From IMG/VR virus record IMGVR_UViG_2874968258_000011: a stretch of 31,126 nt of DNA, one strand, 5' to 3'. Each line of letters begins with the position of its first letter. Position 1 is the first letter of the stretch. This DNA is from a virus. Its lineage: Duplodnaviria; Heunggongvirae; Uroviricota; Caudoviricetes. Under the pieces are notes generated by a model. It searched no databases. It was not told the DNA's origin and worked only from the letters and a program-made list of their open reading frames with translations. The position numbers and the translations under genes are program-made. Of the stretch, positions 11,472 through 20,364 are shown one piece after another.

Positions 11472-12542
11472 TGGAGCACCTGTGTTGTTCTGAGGTGAGC
11501 ATATCACCTCTGTTCAGGTGGCCAAATTCAGTGTGCCACTTCAGTACAGCATGAACCCTCAGACAGAAAACAAAGTGATGAGCGGCTAAAACTGGAGATT
11601 AAGGTGGCACATATCCGCACTCGCGAAACATATGGAACCCGGCGGCTCCAGACGGAGCTGGCAGAGAATGGCATCATCGTTGGTCGTGACCGACTGGCAC
11701 GTCTTCGTAAGGAGCTAAGGCTACGCTGTAAGCAGAAACGCAAGTTCAGAGCGACTACGAACTCGAACCACAATCTGCCAGTTGCGCCAAATCTGCTGAA
11801 CCAGACGTTCGCTCCTACAGCACCAAATCAGGTCTGGGTGGCGGACCTGACGTATGTTGCCACACAGGAGGGATGGTTGTACCTCGCTGGCATCAAAGAT
11901 GTTTATACGTGCGAAATTGTCGGCTACGCCATGGGAGAGCGCATGACAAAAGAGCTGACAGGTAAAGCCCTGTTTATGGCGCTCAGGAGCCAGCGCCCAC
12001 CTGCCGGGCTAATCCACCACTCTGATCGAGGTTCACAGTACTGCGCATACGATTACCGGGTCATACAGGAGCAGTCTGGTCTGAAAACATCAATGTCGCG
12101 TAAAGGTAACTGTTACGACAACGCTCCGATGGAAAGCTTCTGGGGAACGCTGAAAAATGAGAGCCTGAGCCACTATCGTTTTAATAACCGGGATGAAGCC
12201 ATCTCAGTAATACGGGAATACATTGAGATTTTCTACAATCGTCAGCGTCGTCACTCTCGTCTGGGGAATATCTCCCCGGCAGCCTTCAGGGAAAAATATC
12301 ATCAGATGGCTGCTTAAAAAAAGAACAAATGGTAGTGTCCGCTATTGCCAGTACACCTCACACTCTATCCAACAAACCACCCACAGTTAATCGGAATAAA
12401 AGCAGAGTGCTTATGAATGATCGCACGCCCGAAGGTTAGTATTTCTGCACAGCAATTTTGCAAAAAAAGGCGATCATTCATAACTTAAACGTCTTTCAGT
12501 CACTCCGGGATTTCCCATCATCGCAGACTGAAAGACTCTGAC

Positions 12543-12617
<75 letters not shown>

Positions 12618-12620
12618 ATA

Positions 12621-12696
<76 letters not shown>

Positions 12697-12698
12697 GC

Positions 12699-12775
12699 TG
12701 GCCCACCACCGAGGACTCGAACCTCGCACCGTCAACTTAGAAGGTTGATGCTCTATCCGGATGAGCTAGTGGTGG
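12699..12775 (-). tRNA. tRNA-Arg (anticodon UCU); unusual C1:G72
   Basis: Acceptor CCACCAC/GTGGTGG, anticodon loop CTTCTAA, T-arm CGAGGTTCGAGTCCTCG, CCA. Confidence 0.75.
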
Positions 12776-12776
12776 T

Positions 12777-12853
12777 TGGTGGCCCTTGCTGGACTTGAAC
12801 CAGCGACCTGGCGATTATGAGTCGCTCGCTCTGACCAACTGAGCTAAAGGGCC
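12777..12853 (-). tRNA. tRNA with CAU anticodon, ileX-like (Ile2/lysidine type; elongator Met not excluded)
   Basis: GGCCCTTTAGCTCAG…GACTCATAATCGCC…GGTTCAAGTCCAGCAAGGGCCACCA. Confidence 0.75.
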
Positions 12854-12940
12854 GGAGGCAGAATAATAACCATATGTCATCACATCTGCAAACTCATCTG
12901 ACCACCAGCACGTTTAACGTCCTGTGCCGTTTTTCAGGTA

Positions 12941-12966
12941 TAAAAAAACCCGCATAAAGCGGGCTC
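12941..12966 (-). terminator. Intrinsic terminator between Q-like gene and tRNA cluster (candidate tR')
   Basis: Minus strand stem CCCGC, loop UUUAU, stem GCGGG, then U7. Confidence 0.55.
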
Positions 12967-13042
12967 TTTCAAATGTCCATGTCTGCTATTCGCCTCGCGG
13001 TACAGCTTTGCGAAGCGTACAAGAATTGAAGCAGTTTTTACG

Positions 13043-13597
13043 TCAAAAAGCAATAACTTTTTTCTCTATACCAAAAGCCATAACCATTGGTTTGTACAAA
13101 ATAAATTCTGCCACCTTTAGCCAATGCTCAATGCGTCTTTCACAGGTTCTTAAACTCCATTTCGGGTGTGCATCATTCAGCAGTTCAGCCATTTTGCGTT
13201 TGGTCATCCCCCGCCCCTCATACCGTTGCCGAAGGACGCTAATCAATCCTGGATGCTCTGCCAGCACCTCACTTATGACCCGATCAATACATAACGCCTC
13301 TGCATCAGTACAATGCGCCAGCCAGCTCTTTTGCTTACCGTTAATCATATCCCGCAAAAAAGCCTCAAGTTCAGACTTGTTCAGACCTGCTTTTTTCATC
13401 CTCCGGAGCGCCTCGTTAATTGCCGTTTTTGTCAGCTTTTTAGAGGTCAACATCAGGTTAAACATATTCCCCGTCTTACCGCCACCAATATACGACCAGC
13501 GCCCCCACATACGTAGTTTTCCCTGAATCCAGACACTTTCCAGCGTGGTGAGACGAAGGTGTTCTCCGCTTTTTCCTGTATTCGTTGGGTAAATCAT
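13043..13597 (-). CDS. Putative late antiterminator (Q-like)
   Basis: 184-aa ORF from internal ATG with AGGAGG RBS; positioned immediately upstream of terminator, tRNAs and lysis genes; family not verified. Confidence 0.5.
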   Translation of the reverse strand: MIYPTNTGKSGEHLRLTTLESVWIQGKLRMWGRWSYIGGGKTGNMFNLMLTSKKLTKTAINEALRRMKKAGLNKSELEAFLRDMINGKQKSWLAHCTDAEALCIDRVISEVLAEHPGLISVLRQRYEGRGMTKRKMAELLNDAHPKWSLRTCERRIEHWLKVAEFILYKPMVMAFGIEKKVIAF

Positions 13598-13884
13598 AAA
13601 TATCCCTCCTTTCTCCAGATTTCTTGTGTGCGAAAAACACCTTCTGCATGCATCAGGCGTAATTCTTCTTTGGTGTAATCGCTGGTTTTTACCCGCCCGT
13701 CGATTAAATCGTGGCACGAGCTACAGGCAATCGCTGCCTGCATATCGTGTGGCTTTATCGCTGTTCCGCACGTTCCCGCCAGTCGGTAATGCGCCAGCAC
13801 AGACGTTTCCGGATCGTGATTGCAGTAGCCAGGAATTCTGACGGTGCACATCTGCCCCCGCGCCGCTTTACGTAAATCCACCAT
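13594..13884 (-). CDS. ybcO: YbcO-like (DUF1364) putative nuclease
   Basis: 96-aa ORF MVDLRKAARGQMCTVRIPGYCN…ETSVLAH…; Cys-rich. Confidence 0.7.
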   Translation of the reverse strand: MVDLRKAARGQMCTVRIPGYCNHDPETSVLAHYRLAGTCGTAIKPHDMQAAIACSSCHDLIDGRVKTSDYTKEELRLMHAEGVFRTQEIWRKEGYL

Positions 13885-14483
13885 TACGCAAACTCCAGCA
13901 GCTGCGCGGCCACATTTTCGACTTGTTCCGGAGAGGAAAATTTACGGAACAGAATCCAGTTCCACAGCACATTCAGAACAGATTTATAAACCTGCTGAAA
14001 CTCGGTTTCGTCCATATTCGCAAAAGCGATGGATTTTGCCCGACGCCCGCGGCTACCGTCCGGATAAAAATGTTCGGTGTAAAATCCAGCCTGAATGGTT
14101 ACCCACTCGCGAAAAGCCTCAAACGACTTTAGCAATGCCGTATCCCGGGTTCTGCGTGTCGCAACTGTATTCAGATATTGCTCTGCGGCTTCGCTCAGAG
14201 CTGGCGTATGTTCCCGACCTACTGATTCGCACAGGTAATCAACGAAACCAGACAGCAGTTCTCGTTCGCGAGGCGTGATCGCCCCACCGACCGGAGTCCA
14301 GTAATCGAATCCCAGTTGCAGGAGTTTGAAAAAACGCTTGTGGAATGCGTAGTTACGCACACGCTTAAAGTCTGCGTGTATCCACTCACCTGTTTTGATT
14401 TGATGCAGAAAATCGCAACTCTCCGGCGTCGCCGGGAGAAGTAATCCGGAAGAGGTTTGTTTGATCAGTTGTATATGCGCCAT
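13884..14483 (-). CDS. Hypothetical prophage nin-region protein (DUF1367-like)
   Basis: 199-aa ORF with GGAGA RBS; translationally coupled to downstream ybcO-like gene. Confidence 0.55.
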   Translation of the reverse strand: MAHIQLIKQTSSGLLLPATPESCDFLHQIKTGEWIHADFKRVRNYAFHKRFFKLLQLGFDYWTPVGGAITPRERELLSGFVDYLCESVGREHTPALSEAAEQYLNTVATRRTRDTALLKSFEAFREWVTIQAGFYTEHFYPDGSRGRRAKSIAFANMDETEFQQVYKSVLNVLWNWILFRKFSSPEQVENVAAQLLEFA

Positions 14484-14554
14484 CGTAGTTCTCCGCTGGC
14501 GCAGTAGAATGGGTGTTCAGCCCGTTATGTAGTATACCAGAATTAATGCCAATA

Positions 14555-14767
14555 CTAACAGGATGCTCTGACTCGCAATTCATCCAGCAGTTTATCATTT
14601 CCCATAATGTCACTTACCCTCATCGGTAAAAAAATTGCCTTTCGACCATTACGATACATCATTGATTTTTTGGTTTCAGGGAAGTAATCCATTTCGACTA
14701 TAACTGACAGGTCATCACGACGTATGACTGCGTATTTACTACTAAATAGTTTCTTTATTTTTTCCAC
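14555..14767 (-). CDS. Hypothetical small ORF (GTG start), AT-rich
   Basis: 70-aa ORF only; no recognisable family. Confidence 0.2.
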   Translation of the reverse strand: MEKIKKLFSSKYAVIRRDDLSVIVEMDYFPETKKSMMYRNGRKAIFLPMRVSDIMGNDKLLDELRVRASC

Positions 14768-14873
14768 GATGCCTCCAGGTTTATAAGTACAAACGGTTAT
14801 ATCAACATAGAGACAAAAGGTGATGCTGCCAACTTACTGATTTAGTGTATGATGGTGTTTTTGAGGTGCTCCA

Positions 14874-15149
14874 GTGGCTTCTGTTTCTATCAGCTGTCCC
14901 TCCTGTTCAGCTACTGACGGGGTGGTGCGTAACGGCAAAAGCACTGCCGGACATCAGCGCTATCTCTGCTCTCACTGCCGTAAAACATGGCAACTGCAGT
15001 TCACTTACACCGCTTCCCAACCCGGTACGCACCAGAAAATCATTGATATGGCCATGAATGGCGTTGGATGCCGGGCAACTGCACGCATTATGGGCGTTGG
15101 CCTCAACACGATTTTACGTCACTTAAAAAACTCAGGCCGCAGTCGGTAA
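14874..15149 (+). CDS. insA: IS1 InsA
   Basis: 91-aa ORF. Confidence 0.9.
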
Positions 15150-15571
15150 CCTCGCGCATACAGCCGGGCAGTGACGTCATCGTCTGCGCGGAAATGGACG
15201 AACAGTGGGGCTATGTCGGGGCTAAATCGCGCCAGCGCTGGCTGTTTTACGCGTATGACAGTCTCCGGAAGACGGTTGTTGCGCACGTATTCGGTGAACG
15301 CACTATGGCGACGCTGGGGCGTCTTATGAGCCTGCTGTCACCCTTTGACGTGGTGATATGGATGACGGATGGCTGGCCGCTGTATGAATCCCGCCTGAAG
15401 GGAAAGCTGCACGTAATCAGCAAGCGATATACGCAGCGAATTGAGCGGCATAACCTGAATCTGAGGCAGCACCTGGCACGGCTGGGACGGAAGTCGCTGT
15501 CGTTCTCAAAATCGGTGGAGCTGCATGACAAAGTCATCGGGCATTATCTGAACATAAAACACTATCAATAA
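15068..15571 (+). CDS. insB: IS1 InsB
   Basis: 167-aa ORF. Confidence 0.9.
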
Positions 15572-15678
15572 GTTGGAGTCATTACCAAAAAAACCGCCGA
15601 AACGGGTTAAGTGCGGGTGCGTTGAGGATGCCTGACACATCAAAGGTGGCGGGAGATTACTCTCCCGCCTGGTCACTC

Positions 15679-15834
15679 TTACTCTCTAGATTCGTAGTCT
15701 ACGAAAACAGCGACCTCCGTCTGGCCGATTCGGATTCGTACCTCGCAGAGGTCTTTCCTCGTTACCAGTGCCGTCACAATGACGGTTAAACAGATGACGA
15801 TCAGGGCGATTAACATCGCCTTTTGCTGCTTCAT
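15679..15834 (-). CDS. hok: Hok/Gef-family type I toxin (51 aa)
   Basis: MKQQKAMLIALIVICLTVIVTALVTRKDLCEVRIRIGQTEVAVFVDYESRE closely resembles Gef/HokC; AGGAG RBS; ORF-track entry 15679..15891 is an upstream extension. Confidence 0.85.
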   Translation of the reverse strand: MKQQKAMLIALIVICLTVIVTALVTRKDLCEVRIRIGQTEVAVFVDYESRE

Positions 15835-16172
15835 AGCCTGCTTCTCCTTGCCTTTCGGCACGTAAGAGGCTAACCTACATTTGTGAGACATAGATTGGGC
15901 CTCAGATTAATGTTAAGCGTCTTGCAGGACGCGTAATGTTAACTGGGGCTTTTCTCTGTCTGCCTTACAGTGACATACCCGAGGCAGACAGCCTCAAGCA
16001 CCCGCAGCAATCTTACCGACACCGATAAGAAAACGCTATTTTTTATTGCCAGCACCATCTATCCAGGCTAGTTTATCTGCGTCAGAACGGCGCAATGCGC
16101 TCGCCTGAGATACGTTTACTTGCCATGGTAACAACAGGTAACGGCAATTGCTGTTTCTGTTTTGTTTCCTTC

Positions 16173-16203
16173 AAAAACCCCGGACCATCAATCCGGGGTT
16201 TTT
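16173..16203. terminator. Bidirectional intrinsic terminator (stem CCCCGGA/TCCGGGG, A5 on one side, T5 on the other)
   Basis: 7-bp GC-rich perfect stem flanked by A-run and T-run. Confidence 0.6.
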
Positions 16204-16208
16204 GTTTG

Positions 16209-16292
16209 TTAACCCCAACGGCAAATCGAATACACCACCAGCGCCACCGCCATCGCAATTCCTACCGTGGTGAATGCCTCAGGCCAGGTCAT
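16209..16292 (-). CDS. Candidate 27-aa hydrophobic peptide MTWPEAFTTVGIAMAVALVVYSICRWG
   Basis: ATG overlaps stop of DUF551-like gene (ATGA); AGGAGGTG located 6 nt upstream inside preceding gene; terminator immediately downstream; below ORF-track size cutoff. Confidence 0.4.
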   Translation of the reverse strand: MTWPEAFTTVGIAMAVALVVYSICRWG

Positions 16293-16654
16293 TGATTCAC
16301 CTCCTGCGGTGGTTCCGGTAGCGGCATCCAGTGAGTTGAGCTCTCTACTTCAACGCCGTCTTTGTCCACAAAAGCCATCTTATTCCCGCCACGAGTGGGG
16401 CAAAAAACCTTATCCCAGGAACCGGGGAATACATTCCCGAGATCATCGAGAAGAATCACATCGCAATATTCAGCAGGAACTGCATCACTACAGCTTATCC
16501 AGCCAGCCGGAGCTACCGGAGAGTTGCCAGCCTTACGCATGGCCATTTCCACGATTTCAACCATATCTCCTGGTGGAATTTTACAAAGTTGCCCAATACA
16601 TTTCTGCTGCCTGGCATATTCGAGAATGTGCTCCAGTTTGGTTCGATTAATCAT
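16289..16654 (-). CDS. DUF551-like prophage protein
   Basis: 121-aa ORF with C-terminal W…THWMPLPEPP-type motif. Confidence 0.55.
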   Translation of the reverse strand: MINRTKLEHILEYARQQKCIGQLCKIPPGDMVEIVEMAMRKAGNSPVAPAGWISCSDAVPAEYCDVILLDDLGNVFPGSWDKVFCPTRGGNKMAFVDKDGVEVESSTHWMPLPEPPQEVNQ

Positions 16655-17319
16655 TATTTATCTCCCTTAAGCATGGCAGCGCGGCAGGCGTTCCAGCCAT
16701 CAACATAATCAAACGTATTACTATCGTTTGGCCCGATTTCATCCGGCACTATCGGCTCTGGTTGGATAGTGACGTTGGCAAAGGCAGCACGCAAACCGGT
16801 TTTAATTTCTTCGATTTCATCAGAGCCAAGCGATGAATCTGACAGTGCGTGATGGAATGCGTAAGCCATGTCGTCGTTTACTGCAACCGGCACTGCCGGC
16901 GCTGCGTAAAGCGGTGTTATATCTGCCCGAAAATCACATGCTTTATGCAGTCGTACCCAACACTCAACTTCCGCTTTGTCAAAATATATAGCAGTGAACG
17001 TATTAGATTCCTGGTCAACTTGAGTAAACGTCACCTTCCACGCTACAGCTACGGCTTTCCATCCATCAGGTTGTCGCATTCGCGGGGCAGCATAAAGCTC
17101 ATGCATTCCATCAGGCAGCGAGTGACCCACATACTCACCGAACCCGTCAATACACATGCCCCCATCTTCAACAATGCATTCCGCTACAGGCTCTGCTTCC
17201 AGTGATGCCAGAGCGATAAGCGCCAGTTCACGAATTTCACCGCCGTCTATATCGTCAATATCATCGCGGCCAGAAATGTTAGCCAGCCATTGCAGTCGCT
17301 CTTTGGTAATAGTGGTCAT
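16654..17319 (-). CDS. Hypothetical prophage protein with duplicated LYAAP motif
   Basis: 221-aa acidic ORF; start overlaps HNH stop; stop overlaps DUF551 start. Confidence 0.55.
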   Translation of the reverse strand: MTTITKERLQWLANISGRDDIDDIDGGEIRELALIALASLEAEPVAECIVEDGGMCIDGFGEYVGHSLPDGMHELYAAPRMRQPDGWKAVAVAWKVTFTQVDQESNTFTAIYFDKAEVECWVRLHKACDFRADITPLYAAPAVPVAVNDDMAYAFHHALSDSSLGSDEIEEIKTGLRAAFANVTIQPEPIVPDEIGPNDSNTFDYVDGWNACRAAMLKGDK

Positions 17320-17681
17320 GCCGTAGCCCCTTCTTGATATTTTTCAAACCAGAACACAACCGGGTCAGATTTCATTTCAACCAATCCCATACGAACCAGC
17401 GCTTTGCCTTTCCCGGACGCAAGGAATTCACGACGACCATCACTGATAATTCGTCGATAATCTTCCAGGCTACTGCAATGCTTGTGCAGATTGCATGGGT
17501 GGCATGCTGGTACCATGTTGGATATATCGTCACGTTCCTGGTGAAGCATATTTCCATCAAAACGAATGACCGGTTTTACATGGTCTGCATGCCACTTTTC
17601 GCCAAGTTCGCAGCCGCAATAAGCGCAGCGACCACCGAACTTCATGCGCAGTTCTGCACGTTGTTTTTTCGTCAGTGCCAT
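17316..17681 (-). CDS. HNH endonuclease
   Basis: CAYCGCEL…WHADHVKP…CHPCNLHK zinc-finger/HNH motif; start at internal ATG with AAGGA RBS. Confidence 0.75.
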   Translation of the reverse strand: MALTKKQRAELRMKFGGRCAYCGCELGEKWHADHVKPVIRFDGNMLHQERDDISNMVPACHPCNLHKHCSSLEDYRRIISDGRREFLASGKGKALVRMGLVEMKSDPVVFWFEKYQEGATA

Positions 17682-17682
17682 A

Positions 17683-17901
17683 TCAGCTTTCCTTATACGG
17701 ATTAATTTTATTGTGCAGTGTGTTGAATGACGCCCATACCACGTCGTTATACAATTCAATAACTGGCTCAATTATTTTTCCGATTATCCAGACAAAAATT
17801 AGCGGGGATATCGGTGTCATCAACACGATAAACAGAATGAGAAACAGGAATTCTGTTGTTCTACTCTTTCGCGGATATTTTTTTCTAAATAATGTAACCA
17901 T
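17683..17901 (-). CDS. Hypothetical small membrane protein
   Basis: 72-aa ORF with hydrophobic segment FLFLILFIVLMTPISPLIFVWIIG; ends 2 nt before HNH start. Confidence 0.35.
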   Translation of the reverse strand: MVTLFRKKYPRKSRTTEFLFLILFIVLMTPISPLIFVWIIGKIIEPVIELYNDVVWASFNTLHNKINPYKES

Positions 17902-17993
17902 TCATTACCGCCCTTTCGAGCGGTCTCCTGATGATTTGAGGGTGCAGAAATCCCTCCGGTTAAGGATTAAATTTTTAACAGTGCTAAATTTAA

Positions 17994-18334
17994 TTATTCA
18001 GTTCTGGATTTTGTCGCCCTGCGTATCCGCGCTTTCGCGTTACGCTCAATCTGTATCAGCTTTTCTATATTTCTCCGCCTTTCCTGTTCCTCCTGGCGCA
18101 ATAGCCTTACATCATCTGCCAGTCTGGTTTCTCTTTTTGCCACAGAGAGCATCCAGTCAAACGGCTCCACAACCGCACCGCAGATTTTACAGCGGACCTG
18201 ACGCTCTTTTTCGTCAACCCGGACAGAGGCGTGATGGCAATATGGTCTTTCCGATGGTTCATAAAGAAAATTAACCTGATTACGTGGGTCATCCTCTTTT
18301 ACCGGAAATAAAACGATATTGCTTAACTCATCTT
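17994..18334 (-). pseudogene. 5'-truncated gene remnant (Cys/His then charged helical tail), cut by IS1 copy C
   Basis: Open frame …RPYCHHASVRVDEKERQVRCKICGAVVEPFDWMLSVAKRETRLADDVRLLRQEEQERRRN… continues without start codon into IS1 end. Confidence 0.35.
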
Positions 18335-18389
18335 GGTGATGCTGCCAACTTACTGATTTAGTGTATGATGGTGTTTTTGAGGTGCTCCA

Positions 18390-18665
18390 GTGGCTTCTGT
18401 TTCTATCAGCTGTCCCTCCTGTTCAGCTACTGACGGGGTGGTGCGTAACGGCAAAAGCACTGCCGGACATCAGCGCTATCTCTGCTCTCACTGCCGTAAA
18501 ACATGGCAACTGCAGTTCACTTACACCGCTTCTCAACCCGGTACGCACCAGAAAATCATTGATATGGCCATGAATGGCGTTGGATGCCGGGCAACTGCAC
18601 GCATTATGGGCGTTGGCCTCAACACGATTTTACGTCACTTAAAAAACTCAGGCCGCAGTCGGTAA
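18390..18665 (+). CDS. insA: IS1 InsA
   Basis: 91-aa ORF. Confidence 0.9.
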
Positions 18666-19087
18666 CCTCGCGCATACAGCCGGGCAGTGACGTCATCGTC
18701 TGCGCGGAAATGGACGAACAGTGGGGCTATGTCGGGGCTAAATCGCGCCAGCGCTGGCTGTTTTACGCGTATGACAGTCTCCGGAAGACGGTTGTTGCGC
18801 ACGTATTCGGTGAACGCACTATGGCGACGCTGGGGCGTCTTATGAGCCTGCTGTCACCCTTTGACGTGGTGATATGGATGACGGATGGCTGGCCGCTGTA
18901 TGAATCCCGCCTGAAGGGAAAGCTGCACGTAATCAGCAAGCGATATACGCAGCGAATTGAGCGGCATAACCTGAATCTGAGGCAGCACCTGGCACGGCTG
19001 GGACGGAAGTCGCTGTCGTTCTCAAAATCGGTGGAGCTGCATGACAAAGTCATCGGGCATTATCTGAACATAAAACACTATCAATAA
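18584..19087 (+). CDS. insB: IS1 InsB
   Basis: 167-aa ORF. Confidence 0.9.
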
Positions 19088-19164
19088 GTTGGAGTCATTA
19101 TGAGGTAGCCTGAGTTTAACGGACACTCCTTCCTGAAATAGAATGGCATCAGAAGGAGCTAATA

Positions 19165-19467
19165 ATGAGCAGAAAAACCCAACGTTACTCTAAAGAGTTC
19201 AAAGCCGAAGCTGTCAGAACGGTTCCTGAAAATCAACTTTCGATCAGTGAAGGCGCTTCCCGATTATCTCTTCCTGAAGGCACTTTAGGACAATGGGTTA
19301 CCGCCGCCAGAAAAGGGCTCGGTACTCCTGGTTCCCGCACGGTGGCTGAACTGGAATCTGAAATTCTGCAACTGCGTAAGGCGTTAAATGAAGCTCGCCT
19401 TGAGCGAGATATATTAAAAAAAGCAACAGCGTATTTTGCACAGGAGTCGCTGAAAAATACGCGTTAA
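19165..19467 (+). CDS. IS600 OrfA (P variant)
   Basis: 100-aa ORF. Confidence 0.9.
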   Translation: MSRKTQRYSKEFKAEAVRTVPENQLSISEGASRLSLPEGTLGQWVTAARKGLGTPGSRTVAELESEILQLRKALNEARLERDILKKATAYFAQESLKNTR

Positions 19468-19502
19468 TCGAACAATGGCGACAACAATTTCCCATTGAAG
19501 CG

Positions 19503-20321
19503 ATGTGTCAGGTATTTGGTGTATCCAGGAGCGGTTATTACAACTGGGTACAGCATGAACCCTCAGACAGAAAACAAAGTGATGAGCGGCTAAAACTGGA
19601 GATTAAGGTGGCACATATCCGCACTCGCGAAACATATGGAACCCGGCGGCTCCAGACGGAGCTGGCAGAGAATGGCATCATCGTTGGTCGTGACCGACTG
19701 GCACGTCTTCGTAAGGAGCTAAGGCTACGCTGTAAGCAGAAACGCAAGTTCAGAGCGACTACGAACTCGAACCACAATCTGCCAGTTGCGCCAAATCTGC
19801 TGAACCAGACGTTCGCTCCTACAGCACCAAATCAGGTCTGGGTGGCGGACCTGACGTATGTTGCCACACAGGAGGGATGGTTGTACCTCGCTGGCATCAA
19901 AGATGTTTATACGTGCGAAATTGTCGGCTACGCCATGGGAGAGCGCATGACAAAAGAGCTGACAGGTAAAGCCCTGTTTATGGCGCTCAGGAGCCAGCGC
20001 CCACCTGCCGGGCTAATCCACCACTCTGATCGAGGTTCACAGTACTGCGCATACGATTACCGGGTCATACAGGAGCAGTCTGGTCTGAAAACATCAATGT
20101 CGCGTAAAGGTAACTGTTACGACAACGCTCCGATGGAAAGCTTCTGGGGAACGCTGAAAAATGAGAGCCTGAGCCACTATCGTTTTAATAACCGGGATGA
20201 AGCCATCTCAGTAATACGGGAATACATTGAGATTTTCTACAATCGTCAGCGTCGTCACTCTCGTCTGGGGAATATCTCCCCGGCAGCCTTCAGGGAAAAA
20301 TATCATCAGATGGCTGCTTAA
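19503..20321 (+). CDS. IS600 OrfB
   Basis: 272-aa ORF. Confidence 0.9.
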   Translation: MCQVFGVSRSGYYNWVQHEPSDRKQSDERLKLEIKVAHIRTRETYGTRRLQTELAENGIIVGRDRLARLRKELRLRCKQKRKFRATTNSNHNLPVAPNLLNQTFAPTAPNQVWVADLTYVATQEGWLYLAGIKDVYTCEIVGYAMGERMTKELTGKALFMALRSQRPPAGLIHHSDRGSQYCAYDYRVIQEQSGLKTSMSRKGNCYDNAPMESFWGTLKNESLSHYRFNNRDEAISVIREYIEIFYNRQRRHSRLGNISPAAFREKYHQMAA

Positions 20322-20364
20322 AAAAAGAACAAATGGTAGTGTCCGCTATTGCCAGTACACCTCA

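Larger units (their letters stand above)
14819..15586 (+). mobile_element. IS1 copy B, 768 bp; no matching flanking duplication
   Basis: IS1 ends; one substitution relative to copies A and C. Confidence 0.95.
18335..19100 (+). mobile_element. IS1 copy C, 766 bp (terminal CC missing), abutted by IS600
   Basis: IS1 left end at 18335; right end …GGAGTCATTA followed directly by IS600 end. Confidence 0.9.
19101..20364 (+). mobile_element. IS600 copy 4, 1264 bp; no flanking duplication
   Basis: IS600 ends; left flank is the IS1 terminus. Confidence 0.95.

Noticed and set aside
12361-12542. Looked for stxA/stxB or remnants between the tRNA cluster and the holin
   Set aside because: Interval holds only 182 bp of hairpin-rich non-coding DNA plus IS600/IS911; no ORF resembling Shiga toxin subunits in any frame.
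14386-14613. Minus-strand 75-aa ORF overlapping the DUF1367-like gene start
   Set aside because: Overlaps a better-supported gene with RBS; no independent support.
17675-18274. Plus-strand 199-aa ORF
   Set aside because: Antisense to the minus-strand operon and gene remnant; low-complexity translation.
18107-18292. Minus-strand 61-aa ORF next to IS1 copy C
   Set aside because: A different frame over the same DNA gives a longer, more protein-like Cys/His plus coiled-coil translation that continues into the IS1 boundary; that frame is reported as a truncated remnant instead.
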